Positions 36,078-45,812 are shown, numbered from the stretch's first letter. The stretch is 46,453 bases of DNA from an uncultured Gammaproteobacteria bacterium (GCA_964652585.1 CAZZDA010000003.1:1-46453); one strand, 5' to 3'. The notes: generated by a model from the sequence alone, not told the origin. Numbers and translations: made by a program.

Positions 36078-36938
36078 TTATTGACTGGCAACTGTTGCCC
36101 AATTCAAACAGACAGAAAAAATCTTTTGGTACCTTTTGCTCTGTTCAATAACCATTCGAATATGACCCCCCTCAAGCGACACCAGTAATTTTTGCCCTTT
36201 GAGAACACCGGCAACCTTCTGCACATCCTCGAACGGACACACATCGTCTTCAGGACTATGCAGGAGCACAATTGGCTTGGTAAGTCTTCTTGCCCATTTC
36301 ATGACATCAAAAGTTTCCGGTATTTGAGGTCGCGCGTAGAAAAGCGCGGCACGTGACATCATACGCGAAAAAAATAACGGAACATTTCTTTCGGTATGAT
36401 ACCGTATATTGCTCTCCGGAACCGGCATACCTTCGCACAGAACAAACCGAACTCGTTCGTCATGTGCCGCGGCATAGAGCGCTATGGGAGCTCCTAAGCT
36501 TACCCCAAACAGCACAATATCATCATAACGTTCTGCCGCCCAATCAATAAGACTTTTCAGCTCTTGTGCCGAAACCGCCAGATTAGGAATTCCTCCGCTC
36601 TCACCAAATCCCGATCTATCGTACATCAACAAACTGTACCCATTACCGCACACAGGCGATATGGCGGGCATGTAATAGGATTTATTGTGATCAATGCCCG
36701 GTACCACGATTACGAGTTTTTTACTCTTCGCAACCGGTACATGCCATGCAACAATAGTCACAATCTCTTTTGATGCGGCAACAAACACCTCAATTCTTTC
36801 ATATGAAAAGCCGTGGTCAAGCGGTGTTGCTATCGTGTCGTACGACGGACGAAGTACAACTTCACTCAAACTTGGCACACAACTCCAAAGATATGCCGCC
36901 AGTGAAAACACTGCCACAATTATCGCTAAGTATTTCAT
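36078..36938 (-). CDS. alpha/beta hydrolase with N-terminal anchor
   Basis: YDRSGFGES, GVSLG nucleophile elbow, HSPEDDV, GGH; AGGAGG SD before MKYLA. Confidence 0.88.
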   Translation of the reverse strand: MKYLAIIVAVFSLAAYLWSCVPSLSEVVLRPSYDTIATPLDHGFSYERIEVFVAASKEIVTIVAWHVPVAKSKKLVIVVPGIDHNKSYYMPAISPVCGNGYSLLMYDRSGFGESGGIPNLAVSAQELKSLIDWAAERYDDIVLFGVSLGAPIALYAAAHDERVRFVLCEGMPVPESNIRYHTERNVPLFFSRMMSRAALFYARPQIPETFDVMKWARRLTKPIVLLHSPEDDVCPFEDVQKVAGVLKGQKLLVSLEGGHIRMVIEQSKRYQKIFSVCLNWATVASQ

Positions 36939-37173
36939 TTCTTTCTCTCCTCCTGTGATTGCTGTTGTCAAATGAACAATAATACCACATACCACTATAC
37001 ATCTATTTTTTTATGAAAGCAACTTTAACTCTTATATATGGTCTGAGAGACAAGAAGGGCAACCATACGGTACGTAGGAGATTGTTCATAGATTCTCATA
37101 TGTGCTACAGTGATAGTAACATTACAACCAGACGCTCATTGACAAATGTCCACTCTATCATAAGGAGAGAATT

Positions 37174-38487
37174 GTGAAACAATCGCACCCCTTAGCCATT
37201 ACCGCCATTGCCAGTATTCTGACAGGATGTTTGCATCACATACCTACAAGCAATCTGTCGCTCTATCAACGTTCCATGGTCATTAACAACTCAAGCGATG
37301 TTGAACGCATTATCGCGCACGCATCCATTGACCGATCTTCTGCCACACAAGAGATACCGCTTGTGGTACTAAGAGGCACGCACTATGAAATGGGCTTTCA
37401 ACACGGACATCTCTTTCGCAAAGAAGTGCGCGCAATGTACAACAAGATCCTTCCAAAAGCACTGCTTTACACCACCTCCGAGATGCTCGACGAAGCGTGG
37501 GATTTGATGGAGCCGTATGTTGACTTGCAAGAGAAAGAGGAGATGCGAGGTCTGGCGCACGGTGCGAATATTCCTTTGTCGTGGGTACATCGTCTTCACA
37601 CCATACCGTCAATATCAGAATACGGTCCAAAAAAGAAATTCCGCCGCTTTTTTAAAGCAACAAGCTGCAGTAATGTCGCCGCGTTTGGCAAAGCAACTAT
37701 AGATGGCGCGCTGTACGCCATACGAGTGCTTGACTGGATTCGAGAACTTGGCATTACTGAAGAAGATGCCGTACTGCTCGCACGCCAGCCACTCAAAGGA
37801 CTCTCTTCTGTTGCCGTCACATATTTCGGCTTTATTGGTACCATCACAGGCGTCAACAGCCGTGGAATGACCTTTGGAGAAATGGGTTATGGCGATCCTC
37901 CTGGAGAAAGTTTGGAAGGCTCGCCCTTCCCGCTACTCTTCAACAAACTGATGCGAGAAGCACGTTCTCTTGACGATGTTGAACGCATTATCACGCAAAC
38001 ACGAAGAACATGTTCTTATGTCTATGTGATAACCGATCTCAACGCCATGCGTGACGCTGACAAGGCCGCGATCTTTATCGCAGACAGGCAGAGAGTGCTG
38101 CGCTTTGAACCCGGTACCTTGTTGCACGATGAACGAGAGGATGGCGATACCTATCCTCCTATACCTCATATCGTGTATGGAGGCGCAAAAGGCGACAAAT
38201 TATACCAAACTCTTTTACGTCAGCATAGCTCGATATCCCCTGAAACGTTCATGGAATTGGCAAAGGAAGTATCTCTCAAAAGCAACATGCAAAATGCCAT
38301 TTTCAGAGTTGCTCGCGCTACCGAAGAGTCAACAATGCGTATTGAGGTGTGGGTCACCAATGCCTCGCCTGATAAAGGGGAAAAAGGAAAGGCGTGCAAT
38401 CAACAATGGCGCTATAAAGACCTTTCAGCTGTTCTCGGACATACAATGAAAGCCAATATCACTCAAAAAGGAAGGGGGATACCATGA
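37174..38487 (+). CDS. peptidase C45 / Ntn-hydrolase (AAT-like), lipoprotein
   Basis: LTGC lipobox, GTHYEMGFQHG, EEMRGLA, TS|CS autoprocessing Cys, RVLDW, TGVNSRG; TAAGGAG SD. Confidence 0.82.
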   Translation: MKQSHPLAITAIASILTGCLHHIPTSNLSLYQRSMVINNSSDVERIIAHASIDRSSATQEIPLVVLRGTHYEMGFQHGHLFRKEVRAMYNKILPKALLYTTSEMLDEAWDLMEPYVDLQEKEEMRGLAHGANIPLSWVHRLHTIPSISEYGPKKKFRRFFKATSCSNVAAFGKATIDGALYAIRVLDWIRELGITEEDAVLLARQPLKGLSSVAVTYFGFIGTITGVNSRGMTFGEMGYGDPPGESLEGSPFPLLFNKLMREARSLDDVERIITQTRRTCSYVYVITDLNAMRDADKAAIFIADRQRVLRFEPGTLLHDEREDGDTYPPIPHIVYGGAKGDKLYQTLLRQHSSISPETFMELAKEVSLKSNMQNAIFRVARATEESTMRIEVWVTNASPDKGEKGKACNQQWRYKDLSAVLGHTMKANITQKGRGIP

Positions 38488-38996
38488 AACTCCTTGGAGT
38501 TGTTGCAGCGATAGCGCTCTGTTTTCCTATCACCGCGCTTGCAAGCGACCCGTACGAAGATCATGGCAAGATACGTGACAAATTTGTACGTACGCACAGT
38601 CTCAGTCCTCAAGCAAAGCGTCCGGCCAGCAGGGACAAGGTGGTAGAAGAGTTGCTGCGATCTCTCTTGCATACTTACCCCTATCTTGAAAGGAAGGTTA
38701 AGGAAATTCAAGTAGAGATCGCTGAACTCACCACGCACGAGGGTGAGTTGCGATTAGGAAAAGTCAGGGAAAGAAATATTGGTGTACATACCAAGCGTCA
38801 CAGTACAAAAAAAGTCCCTCACCTCAAATGGAAGATAAGCGCAAAAATGAAGTATGACAGCATAGACTGGATAGCGGTTCTTGAAAAGAACATGGGTCCT
38901 GTGCGGCTTTCGTGGGAGAATGATACGGTAACGGAGTTCAGCGATCCCGGAAAGCAAGAATGGAATACCGGCGTAAAGATGCAGCTCCGATGGTAG
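38484..38996 (+). CDS. hypothetical secreted protein
   Basis: ALA| signal peptide; ATGA overlap with the upstream gene; SD present. Confidence 0.65.
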   Translation: MKLLGVVAAIALCFPITALASDPYEDHGKIRDKFVRTHSLSPQAKRPASRDKVVEELLRSLLHTYPYLERKVKEIQVEIAELTTHEGELRLGKVRERNIGVHTKRHSTKKVPHLKWKISAKMKYDSIDWIAVLEKNMGPVRLSWENDTVTEFSDPGKQEWNTGVKMQLRW

Positions 38997-39023
38997 TCTC
39001 GCACCTTATGCAAAAACAAAAAC

Positions 39024-39056
39024 GAGCATACTCGATGTACGAGATGCTCTTTTTTT
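39024..39056. terminator. bidirectional terminator
   Basis: GAGCATACTCG..CGAGATGCTC with flanking A and T runs, between convergent genes. Confidence 0.7.
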
Positions 39057-39066
39057 AACTCTAGAG

Positions 39067-40266
39067 TTATTTTGAGAGTTTGTTAAAAATTTTTAGATTG
39101 ACTTTGATAATCTTGTCGTCCCCCGGTTGTGCTTCACCACAACCGTCAGTGTTGGAGGTGGTAAGGTAGAAAAAACCATCCGGACCTATAACCAATCCGC
39201 GCAGCCGCCCAAACTCCCCGCGGAGATGCGTAATGAGCGACTCAACACGATCATCGGAAGTAAGTTTTGCTTCATAGAGCGATTCACCGCGCAGCCCGGT
39301 AAAAAATATACTGCCTCTATAATACGCCGCGGCGGCAGGCGCCCATGTTTCACTTGATCCTGAATGGACAGCTGGCACACGCATCCCCTCTTGCATTATC
39401 TCGCCTTGTATATTCGGCCAACCGTAATTAATACCTCTCTCAATAAGATTCAACTCGTCAAATCCGGAACGAACGCCGCTTCTCCCATGCTCGGTCGCCC
39501 AGAGACGACCCAAATCGTCCCACGCAATGCCTTGGATGTTTCTATGACCATACGACCACATGGCATTTCCATACGGATTGTCCTCCGGTACGGAACCATC
39601 ATCACGCAACCGCAAGATCTTTCCGGCAAAAGACGCAGTATCTTGCGCAAGATTGCTCTTGGTAGCATCTCCTGTTGTAATGTAGAGATAGCCGTCAGGT
39701 CCAAATCCAATTCTCCCGCCGTCATGATACTGCGCACCCGGAATACCTTCAAGAATGACTGTTCGTTCTGTCAAACTCTCACCATCAAACACGTACCGCT
39801 CCACGCGATTCGTAAGCCCACTTCCCGTACGCGTAGTCAGATACAAATACAACCACTGATTCTGCGCAAAATCCGGATGGAGCGCCATACCCAAGAGCCC
39901 TCCTTCACCCACATGCGCCACACCTTCTATAGTGAATACTATTCCATCCTTCCCAATCTTTTTGAGCGTCCCCGGTCGTTCCGTCACAAGTAACTCGCCT
40001 CCCGGCAAAAAAACGATTTTCCAAGGGATGCGCAATCCCTCGGCAACAACTGTTATATCTTCTACCAACTCTTCCATTTCTCCATTAGCTTTATCTTTTC
40101 TATCAAAATTATTTCCTATACTATCCACCACTACTCCTTCCTCAACAGTTGTATCTGTCGGTGCAAAAATTTGCTGCGTAATTTTATCACGCAGCACATA
40201 TATGAAAATTATTACAAACACCATAACAGCAATAATTCCCAGCACTCGTTCCATTTTTACACGCAT
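39067..40266 (-). CDS. PQQ-dependent sugar dehydrogenase (GSDH beta-propeller)
   Basis: LVTERPG, GEGGLLG, HDGGRI, GKILR, YGHRNIQG, DELN, NYGWP, FGRLR. Confidence 0.92.
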   Translation of the reverse strand: MRVKMERVLGIIAVMVFVIIFIYVLRDKITQQIFAPTDTTVEEGVVVDSIGNNFDRKDKANGEMEELVEDITVVAEGLRIPWKIVFLPGGELLVTERPGTLKKIGKDGIVFTIEGVAHVGEGGLLGMALHPDFAQNQWLYLYLTTRTGSGLTNRVERYVFDGESLTERTVILEGIPGAQYHDGGRIGFGPDGYLYITTGDATKSNLAQDTASFAGKILRLRDDGSVPEDNPYGNAMWSYGHRNIQGIAWDDLGRLWATEHGRSGVRSGFDELNLIERGINYGWPNIQGEIMQEGMRVPAVHSGSSETWAPAAAAYYRGSIFFTGLRGESLYEAKLTSDDRVESLITHLRGEFGRLRGLVIGPDGFFYLTTSNTDGCGEAQPGDDKIIKVNLKIFNKLSK

Positions 40267-40268
40267 AA

Positions 40269-41126
40269 TTATCTCTTGTTAACCTTTTTTACAACAATGG
40301 TAGTTTTGTGTATGTCGTCTATCGGTTCATGATAACCGGTGGCATAATCACGTAATGCGCCAAATAATGCATCAGCTGTATAGCGAAAATTTGCACCGCG
40401 CTTCGTACCCGGATCATGGGTAATAAACTCTTTCGTTGCCGGATCGTACCCTACAACAACGATCATGTGTTCTCTAGGACCGCGACCCGTAAAATAAGGG
40501 TTGCGCAACTGTTGTCCGTTGACCGGAGCAACGATAAGATTCCCTTTCACCAGCTCGGCAATCATCATGTCAACGGAAGCATTCTCTACTAACTCTATAT
40601 GTTCATAAGAAAAATAGCCCTTAAATATTCTCTCCACCGTATCTGCAACCGATACGTCATGATGATGTCCATAGCGTTCATATTCATAATCCGTTATGGC
40701 AAGAATACGCTGCTCAGCGTCCGCAAGATCTGCAAAACTTTCTCCCTCAACCCATAGCATCGCCATCAGAGCTGAGGCTTCCTCGCACGCATTCTGCTGG
40801 CGTATATCATTCCAATTCCCAAGCGGTGCCTGCGGAGTAAACGGCACTTCTTGCAGTATGGTAGTGGAAATATTTGATAGATCGAGAAATTCTCCTACAA
40901 CCTCCTCAACGACCGCGCTATTTTCTTTATTTTCTTCAACACTTTCCGGCACCTCTATTTTAATGCTCTGCTCCGTATTTTTTGCAACCACTCTCTCTTC
41001 AATCGCCAGAGGTGTTGGAATAAATATGTTGTACGTAATGTTCTTCAAAGCAAAATATACTGCCGCGAGAGCGGCAATAAGAAAAATATTCACACCCAGA
41101 AGAAAGAGTGTTGTTTTTTTACGCAT
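40269..41126 (-). CDS. peptidase C39-like protein with N-terminal TM
   Basis: VPFTPQAP, ACEEAS, HMIVVVGY, HDPGT. Confidence 0.85.
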   Translation of the reverse strand: MRKKTTLFLLGVNIFLIAALAAVYFALKNITYNIFIPTPLAIEERVVAKNTEQSIKIEVPESVEENKENSAVVEEVVGEFLDLSNISTTILQEVPFTPQAPLGNWNDIRQQNACEEASALMAMLWVEGESFADLADAEQRILAITDYEYERYGHHHDVSVADTVERIFKGYFSYEHIELVENASVDMMIAELVKGNLIVAPVNGQQLRNPYFTGRGPREHMIVVVGYDPATKEFITHDPGTKRGANFRYTADALFGALRDYATGYHEPIDDIHKTTIVVKKVNKR

Positions 41127-41138
41127 ACAATGCCTTAT

Positions 41139-41301
41139 TGGAACCTCTGAAAAACTCCGGATGCGCTAGTTTTTAGAGATTTTTTTCTCCAACGATGAAG
41201 TGGAAAGTGTGGAAGTACAGCGTACTTTAAACTTTTCACTGAAGAAGTTGGAGGAAAAAATAGTAAAAAGGAGTGTCGTGTGGAGTTTTTCAGAGGTTCC
41301 A
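41139..41301. mobile_element. 163-bp MITE
   Basis: Perfect 20-bp TIR TGGAACCTCTGAAAAACTCC; TTAT direct repeat at 41135-41138 and 41302-41305. Confidence 0.8.
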
Positions 41302-41571
41302 TTATTTATCTTTCCAATTCCACCATTTAAGAAGCTCCGGATCATGTTTTGTGTGTGAAGCAAAATATACCATACAACGAAAAACGTAGAGCATGCAACG
41401 ATCAACGGGCATGCCTTTTTGTACGCAGAGTTTCGTATAGAGTTTCTCGGGGTTTTTGTTTTTGAGGTCGGCAACTGAGTGTATACCCATGTTGTAGAGG
41501 TCTTGAGATATTGCTTTCCCCACTCCCGGGATTGTTTGAAGCTCTTTTAGTATATGATCATCCATACACAA
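41302..41571 (-). CDS. helix-hairpin-helix protein (Cdd1/pathogenicity-locus family)
   Basis: LQTIPGVGK, DRCMLYVFRC, WWNWKD. Confidence 0.85.
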   Translation of the reverse strand: MCMDDHILKELQTIPGVGKAISQDLYNMGIHSVADLKNKNPEKLYTKLCVQKGMPVDRCMLYVFRCMVYFASHTKHDPELLKWWNWKDK

Positions 41572-41576
41572 ATCTG

Positions 41577-42020
41577 CTATTCACCAATAATGTGTATTTG
41601 CACGGTACGCGGGCGGGTTCTATCCAATTCAAAAAAGAAAATCCTCTGCCAAGTGCCAAGCTGCAGATTGCTCTCATAGAGATTCAAGCACGCGCTGGTT
41701 GGCATAACAATCGCCTTGCAGTGCGAGTGTCCGTTCGCGCATTCATCGTCGCACACATTCACCGTACGAACGTCAAAATTGTCGTGGTGATAGTCGTTCG
41801 CTTTTGGAGCAAGATTCTCCAAAAATGCTTCCGCATCTTTGTGGAGTAACGGCTCACTTTCATTGACCACAATCGCTCCTGTGGTATGCATGGACTGGAT
41901 ATTGACCAACCCGTTTTCAAAGGTACTTTTTTTCACCAGCTCCGTAATTTGATCGGTCAGATCAATAAAATCATATTCACCTTTTGTTTGTAAGTTAATT
42001 TTGTGATGAAATGTTTTCAT
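41577..42020 (-). CDS. yjbQ: YjbQ/UPF0047 family protein
   Basis: HTTGAIVVNE, NGHSH, LGTWQRIFFFELD. Confidence 0.92.
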   Translation of the reverse strand: MKTFHHKINLQTKGEYDFIDLTDQITELVKKSTFENGLVNIQSMHTTGAIVVNESEPLLHKDAEAFLENLAPKANDYHHDNFDVRTVNVCDDECANGHSHCKAIVMPTSACLNLYESNLQLGTWQRIFFFELDRTRPRTVQIHIIGE

Positions 42021-42029
42021 ACGGTTTTT

Positions 42030-42320
42030 TCATGAATTATGTATCTTCCATAGATTATACAGAAAAGCTCCAATAGTTCCAACTAGAAAGCCAATAACCG
42101 CGCCTATGAGCGGCATTCCAACAAGCGCTCCAAACGCAAGTACGGTACCATAACTTAATCCTGAGGTTTCAGAGGTAGTAATCCATCCAATAGTCACAAG
42201 TGTATCTATAATAAGCCCGCCAAATGAATACAAGATTCCGGCAAGTAAACCTACAAGCGCCATGACGGCAGTTGCAAATTTTACTGAGGAGGGTATGCCG
42301 ATTTTTCTTAATTTTTTCAT
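42030..42320 (-). CDS. small two-TM membrane protein
   Basis: Packed in the operon; Gly-rich TMs, AFLYN. Confidence 0.7.
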   Translation of the reverse strand: MKKLRKIGIPSSVKFATAVMALVGLLAGILYSFGGLIIDTLVTIGWITTSETSGLSYGTVLAFGALVGMPLIGAVIGFLVGTIGAFLYNLWKIHNS

Positions 42321-42332
42321 ATATTCTTACCC

Positions 42333-42680
42333 TTATGTGTCTGACCAAACTGCGAGTTCATTTCCGACAGGATCAATAAAATGAAATCTGCGCCCACCGG
42401 GAAAAGAAAAAATATCTTTTGAAATTTTTCCACCAGCTTCAATAATTTTGGCTTGTATACTACCAAGGTCTTGATGATACAAAACGATCAGTGCTCCGTT
42501 TATAATATCCTCATCTGTTTTTTCAAAGCCACCATCAAGACCGCTTTCAGAAAATGCTACATATGTTGGACCATAGTCTGTAAAACTCCAGCCAAAAGAT
42601 TGATGGTAAAATTGTTTTACTTTTTCGAGATCATTTGCTTTGAGCTCAACATAATTGATATGATTGTTTTTCATGCTCAT
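42333..42680 (-). CDS. VOC/glyoxalase family protein
   Basis: INYVE, FGWSFTDYGP, FPGGRRFHFIDP.GNELAVWS. Confidence 0.92.
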   Translation of the reverse strand: MSMKNNHINYVELKANDLEKVKQFYHQSFGWSFTDYGPTYVAFSESGLDGGFEKTDEDIINGALIVLYHQDLGSIQAKIIEAGGKISKDIFSFPGGRRFHFIDPVGNELAVWSDT

Positions 42681-42693
42681 TTTTACTACTACA

Positions 42694-42960
42694 TTATTTC
42701 TTCATGTCTTCCCAAAGTCCAATCACATTCCCTTCGGTATCTTTTACATAAGCATAATAACCCATATTGGGTACCTCTCCTTTGGGTACGGTCACTTCTC
42801 CTCCTGCTTCCTTGATCTTCTCAAAATGATCAACGATAGATTCCACTTTCATGGTAATAACGGGACTCGTAGGGGCATTTTGTGATTGTCCTCGCTTAAA
42901 CATACCTCCATTGATAGCTCCGGGCTCTTTAATCATGTGGTTATCGTCCGTTTCCGCTAC
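42694..42960 (-). pseudogene. 5'-truncated VOC family gene
   Basis: C-terminal half present (PGAINGGM, DTEGNVIGLWE); the N-terminal HFEI..FY..FGW strand is absent. Confidence 0.7.
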
Positions 42961-43062
42961 TCCAGAAAGGCTTATAAATAATATTGCACAGTGCAACATA
43001 TCGCCCTTTCTCCCGTAGCTTGCGACGAACGAGGCGCAATCCTTGGATATTTCGTGGATATA

Positions 43063-44106
43063 TTACAATGTTTTACGATTAAATAAAATGGCGCAATAAC
43101 CTGTCAGCACTTTTCCGCCATCAACTTTTGTGGGGTATTCTTCTTCGTGCATTTTTTCAAGATTTTTATATGTTTCTAAACTCTCGTGTGTGACTCTTCT
43201 TGCAAATTCTATATTTCGATCTCCTCTTGAAAATAAATAAATTACGCGTGCGGACTTATCTATTCCATATTTTTTTATCGCATTTAAATATGGAGATGTC
43301 CCAAGATCAACCTTTTCTGGCTTTGCAACAAAAATAATTGCAACACTAACATGACTTCCATAAAAATTTGGATTTACATCCACACCCCTTTCTTTTTCAG
43401 CAACTTTTTTAAGATGTTTAACAAATTGTGTAGATTCATAAACTGTATCTCCACTTTCAGACGCTCCAGCGCGGCTTCTGCCAAGCTCTAAAATTTCTCT
43501 TAGTAAAATCCTTGTGAACAGACCTCGTTCGTCAGTTAAATCTATGACTTCACAAAAATCTTTAATATCAGAGTCGTTAGAAGTTTTTGGTCTAAGGACA
43601 TTTGAAACAAAGTGATCAAAAACACTTCTGGCTTCAGTAAAACTGTACAAAGCTTTTTTGGCCATCATTAAATCTATTGCGTGTGACAATTTTTTATCTA
43701 TATGAGGTCGTGCTTCTGGTATTACAGCTTTATTCATATACATTACCGCCGCTCGGGATAAATTAACATCTTGATTATGATGATAATCAAGCATTACAAC
43801 TACCTGCTTCTGTTTTATAAAAGCCTCTCGATTAGTTGATGGAGAGATCCATTGAATTTTAACCCCATAGGGTAGCAGACCACGCACTTCTGTGTCTATC
43901 GATCTCGCAAAGCTATTAATTTTACCTTGAATAGACATTGCCGTTGCGGTTTTTTGAGCACGTCTTCCAGTCCATGTGAAAAATTGCGCAAGCCACCCTG
44001 CTAATTTTTCACCACGTTCTTGATGAAAAACTAGTAGGTCGACAATTAACCATAGAAAAAAACCGATTATGCCGAAAGTTGTAAGTAAATATATAAGTAA
44101 TTCCAT
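43063..44106 (-). CDS. hypothetical protein with N-terminal TM, 347 aa
   Basis: Long ORF with one hydrophobic segment, 3 bp from the upstream gene. Confidence 0.75.
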   Translation of the reverse strand: MELLIYLLTTFGIIGFFLWLIVDLLVFHQERGEKLAGWLAQFFTWTGRRAQKTATAMSIQGKINSFARSIDTEVRGLLPYGVKIQWISPSTNREAFIKQKQVVVMLDYHHNQDVNLSRAAVMYMNKAVIPEARPHIDKKLSHAIDLMMAKKALYSFTEARSVFDHFVSNVLRPKTSNDSDIKDFCEVIDLTDERGLFTRILLREILELGRSRAGASESGDTVYESTQFVKHLKKVAEKERGVDVNPNFYGSHVSVAIIFVAKPEKVDLGTSPYLNAIKKYGIDKSARVIYLFSRGDRNIEFARRVTHESLETYKNLEKMHEEEYPTKVDGGKVLTGYCAILFNRKTL

Positions 44107-44109
44107 AAA

Positions 44110-44334
44110 TTACTCTTGTTCAATTTGTGTTAAACATTCTAGCTTAGAGCATGCTAGTAGTATGGTTTCCTCTCTTGGAAATACAGCTCCAAAATTATTT
44201 TTTGAAACAATATTTTCACAAAAATGACATTTCAACTTTTCATCATTGAATTCATCTAACAACTCCAAACTTTTTAGTAGTTCATCTATGTCACGGAAAT
44301 GTACAGCTTGTAAATTTTTTTTTGGTTTTATCAT
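44110..44334 (-). CDS. small Cys4 zinc-finger protein
   Basis: KCHFC..ACSKLEC. Confidence 0.7.
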   Translation of the reverse strand: MIKPKKNLQAVHFRDIDELLKSLELLDEFNDEKLKCHFCENIVSKNNFGAVFPREETILLACSKLECLTQIEQE

Positions 44335-44356
44335 AATTTTAAATGGGTTTTATATC

Positions 44357-45001
44357 TTAACTTGCTATTTCAAAAATCTTTTTTACTAAACTAGTCCGCG
44401 CGTAAAATGCGCGTGTGATCGGACGACGCTTTCCAGTTCGTTGATTTATTCCGCCTGTCCCTTTTGTACGGGCTTGTATCCACTTTCCATCTTTTCCAGT
44501 CAAAGCGTCAAAACCTTCTTTTATAAGTTTATTGCGGATGAAATCGTAGTCTGTTTTTATCTCTTTTATCAATTCGTCGTCCTCAGCAAAATCCAAACTC
44601 GTTACTTTGAGGAGATTTGCGCTTTTTGCATTTTGACCATTCCATTCAACTGCACAGAAAACAATGGCTTTGAGTTTTGCCCAAACATGACTTTCAAAGA
44701 ATGAATGTTCTTTTAATTCATTTGGATTTATCATTGTAATCGCCATTGTTTCTTTCGGCACTAATTCATCCTTTACATAATGAAAGGCGACAGATTTTAA
44801 CTCGTAAGTGAGTCCATTTGGCGCCTTTGAGACATTATTCTCAAGACCTGCCAATCGCTCTAAAACAAGACCCTTCCATCCTTTGTTTTGTTTGCCATCC
44901 TTGAATGAGTTGATGTTAAATTGCGAAGCAAGATCGGCAAGATCATTGCCAATATATTGTTTCAAATTTTTTATTGCTGTTGCGCGAGTTACAATTTTCA
45001 T
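44357..45001 (-). CDS. MutH/Sau3AI-family endonuclease
   Basis: NKGWKGLVLE, YELKS, PKETMAIT, DY..I, QARTKG, RAFYART. Confidence 0.85.
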   Translation of the reverse strand: MKIVTRATAIKNLKQYIGNDLADLASQFNINSFKDGKQNKGWKGLVLERLAGLENNVSKAPNGLTYELKSVAFHYVKDELVPKETMAITMINPNELKEHSFFESHVWAKLKAIVFCAVEWNGQNAKSANLLKVTSLDFAEDDELIKEIKTDYDFIRNKLIKEGFDALTGKDGKWIQARTKGTGGINQRTGKRRPITRAFYARTSLVKKIFEIAS

Positions 45002-45810
45002 ACTTTTGTTTTCTTATTTTTCAAATTATGATCCAATTCCTCAAATCGTTGAATTGATACATCCAAATATTTTTTTTCGGTATCAATGCCAATAAAATTA
45101 CGCCCCAAAAGATAGGCAGCTATTCCTGTTGTAGAGCTTCCAGTAAACGGATCGAGAACAAGATCATTTTTGTTCGTTGAAGCAAGTACTATTCTCTTGA
45201 GCAAATCCTCTGGTTTTTGCGTTGGATGTTTGCCAAATTTTTTCTCAACTGGCTTTGGCGTTCCCATTGACCAAACAGATCTCATTTGAAGTCCTGGCTT
45301 TTTTAATTGATCTTCTGACCAGTTACCATTTTTCATTAAATCATAATTGAAAACATGTTTTGCTTTTTTGTCTTTGCGCGCCCAAAGCAAAGTTTCGTGA
45401 CTTGCAGTAAAATAGCGACAACTTAAATTTGGAGAAGCGTTTGGCTTAAACCAAACAACATCGTTGAGAATATGATATTTATTTACTTGCAATGCAAATC
45501 CGCATTGATAAATTGAATGATATGTGCCACTGATCCAAATTGTTCCATGTGGTTTTAGTACGCGCTTGACGGCTTCTGTCCATGTAAGATGAAATTCAAA
45601 ATCTTTTTTCAGTCCATTACTTTTGTCCCACTCGCCTTTGTCAACACTAACACGTCTCCCAGCGTGAACAGTAAAACCGCCATTAGATAAAAGATAAGGC
45701 GGATCAGCAAAAACCATATCAATCGAATTTTCTGGAAGTGACTCCAATAATTCCAAGCAGTTTGCTTGATAGAGTTTGAATTTTGGTTTTTCGTAATATG
45801 GTTTTTGCAT
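44998..45810 (-). CDS. beta-class N6/N4 DNA methyltransferase (DpnA/M2.DpnII-like)
   Basis: FADPPY, SVDKGEWD, ISGTYH, HPTQKP, LDPFTGSSTTG. Confidence 0.92.
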   Translation of the reverse strand: MQKPYYEKPKFKLYQANCLELLESLPENSIDMVFADPPYLLSNGGFTVHAGRRVSVDKGEWDKSNGLKKDFEFHLTWTEAVKRVLKPHGTIWISGTYHSIYQCGFALQVNKYHILNDVVWFKPNASPNLSCRYFTASHETLLWARKDKKAKHVFNYDLMKNGNWSEDQLKKPGLQMRSVWSMGTPKPVEKKFGKHPTQKPEDLLKRIVLASTNKNDLVLDPFTGSSTTGIAAYLLGRNFIGIDTEKKYLDVSIQRFEELDHNLKNKKTKV

Positions 45811-45812
45811 AA

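Noticed and set aside
41166-41474. 102-aa minus-strand ORF
   Set aside because: Out-of-frame overlap with the HhH gene, reading into the MITE
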